Below the pieces are notes generated by a model. The model saw only the letters and a list, made by a program, of their open reading frames with translations, had not been told where the DNA came from and ran no database searches. Both the position numbers and the translations under genes were made by a program. From NCBI GenBank assembly GCA_021848025.1, contig JAJZND010000015.1, positions 9,310 through 73,309 of the forward strand: a stretch of 64,000 bases of DNA. Reading direction: 5' to 3'. The stretch's first letter is position 1, and every line of letters starts with the position of its first letter. Below, piece by piece: positions 62,781 to 64,000 of the stretch. The stretch comes from Candidatus Micrarchaeota archaeon (GTDB taxonomy: Archaea > Micrarchaeota > Micrarchaeia > Micrarchaeales > CABMGC01).

Positions 62781-63433
62781 GACAGCCTACCTCTTATTTG
62801 CATAAGCATTGACTGGAGAGATGGAACAGGACCATCGTATATTAGAGAAGCAAGATCTTCCTCATTTACAGGTGGAGGTATTTTATTCAGGAAGTCAGAT
62901 ACTTCCTTTGCTATCTTCTCATCTCTTTCTATATAGCTGCTCAATATGTATATGTCATAAATATCACGTATGAAGCGCCTGTCTCTATAAGCTGCAATCT
63001 TTTCTGCAAGCAGATCATTTGCAGGTATGGAGATAATATCGCTATATGTCCCATCCACTCTTTCGAAGCGCATAGCTATTGGTTTCAGTTCCTTTGCAAA
63101 ATGGCTTATCTCAACTTTTAGGTATGTGTCACCCAAAGAAAACCCTATAAACATAAGATTTCCAGTGTCTTTTACCTTTTCTAGTTTAATACCCTGCTCT
63201 TCTGCGGCCGATTTCAGTTTATCTCTAGTATCTTTCAGGCTTATTTTAGAATCCAGATAGGCATCTATGTCATTAGAGAATCGGTTTCCTGCAAAGCATC
63301 TCCAGATCACAGTACCCCCATGCAGGACCATGTTGCTGTAGGACCTATACAGGATATCTACTGCGTAATCTTGGAATGTTGCAATTTCCAGATATTCTCT
63401 TTTCTTTAATCTTTTTATTATAGGAAGGCGCAA
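62777..63433 (-). CDS. AbiEii-like nucleotidyltransferase toxin (type IV TA)
   Basis: LHGGT...RFSNDID, EKIAAY..R..RDIYDI. Confidence 0.87.
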   Translation of the reverse strand: MRLPIIKRLKKREYLEIATFQDYAVDILYRSYSNMVLHGGTVIWRCFAGNRFSNDIDAYLDSKISLKDTRDKLKSAAEEQGIKLEKVKDTGNLMFIGFSLGDTYLKVEISHFAKELKPIAMRFERVDGTYSDIISIPANDLLAEKIAAYRDRRFIRDIYDIYILSSYIERDEKIAKEVSDFLNKIPPPVNEEDLASLIYDGPVPSLQSMLMQIRGRLS

Positions 63434-63579
63434 TTAATTACCAAAGTTACATTATAATGTAACTTTGGTATTTTTATATCTATCTGACAGCCCTCCGGAG
63501 TGCAAGATGGGCGTCAGGCACATCCCCAACAAGGAGGATTTAAATAATTTGAATCTTGTATAGCTAAAAAGGTGAGAAT

Positions 63580-64000
63580 ATGCTACAAACCACTCCATTT
63601 CTATTATTTGACGGTGACTGCGCCGAAGCGATGACCTTTTACCACAAATGCTTTGGAGGAGAGCTGACGTTGACAAAACTGGCAGACACGCCTATGAAAA
63701 GCATGTTCCCCCCCAGAAAAGCATAACAGGATCATCAATGCACACATTAAAAATGGGGCGATCGATATATCTGCCACCGACTGGATGGCGGCTCCGCAAT
63801 ATGAACCCATACTTGGAGAGATGTACGCCGTATTTGTTACCGGCAGCTACGATGAAGTGAAAGCAGTATTTGGCAGGCTTGCAGTTGGAGCAGAAAAGGA
63901 TAGGTTTCAGGAACTGCACCAAATGCCGTTTGGCATGTACGGGCAGATGTATGATAAATTCCACAGACACTGGATATTCATGGCCGCCAAAAATAATAAC
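63580..64000 (+). pseudogene. VOC/PhnB-like (glyoxalase-fold) gene with a +1 frameshift in a C7 tract; runs to the window end
   Basis: MLQTTPFLLFDGDCAEAMTFY...; six rather than seven C at 63708-63714 would continue the frame to ...PFGMYGQMYDKFHRHWIF. Confidence 0.8.

Larger units (their letters stand above)
58471..63524 (+). repeat. Family of nine related att-like sites; 12-bp cores at 58492, 58686, 58961, 59883, 60355, 60929, 61619, 62141 and 63491
   Basis: The core TCGCCCGAAGCA is the reverse complement of the tRNA-Asn 3' end. A left arm (C)TRAAGCGCA occurs in 4 sites, plus a degenerate one at 60920. A right arm CAAGATGYGC-N5-GCACATC occurs in 6 sites. Confidence 0.8.

Noticed and set aside
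58471..63524. Repeat family as a CRISPR array
   Set aside because: Spacing is 0.2-1.35 kb and irregular, the intervals contain genes, the repeats are degenerate, and there are no cas genes.

Overview
Archaeal chromosomal segment, most likely DPANN/Micrarchaeota. This is inferred from the archaeal informational genes, gyrase, a KAQ|SAMEFL-type pilin and a non-canonical tRNA intron. Positions 1-57 kb are mostly housekeeping genes: dph5, radA, aIF2a, GINS, TFE, gyrBA, lhr, tuf-rps10, RNase P subunits, SSB, a DapL-type lysine cluster, acetate-CoA ligase, mre11, cdc6, the proteasome/exosome superoperon, add-guaB-guaA, eno and three tRNAs. The most unusual region is 58.4-64 kb. It holds at least nine related recombination-like sites sharing a 12-bp core from the 3' end of tRNA-Asn. 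The sites separate short units of 0.2-1.35 kb, most with their own promoter, carrying SnoaL, SRPBCC, VOC and toxin-antitoxin genes. This looks like a tRNA-anchored, integron-like cassette array, with no integrase in the window. Other highlights are a 117-bp IS200/IS605-type miniature element that rewrites the GyrA C-terminus, a tRNA-Ala with a bulge-helix-bulge intron in the T-loop, and a lysine cluster that lacks dapF and has a duplicated palindromic operator and a gene-converted second lysC. rps10 appears to start at ATA, and there is a candidate structured ncRNA upstream of radA. All calls come from manual reading; no database searches were run.
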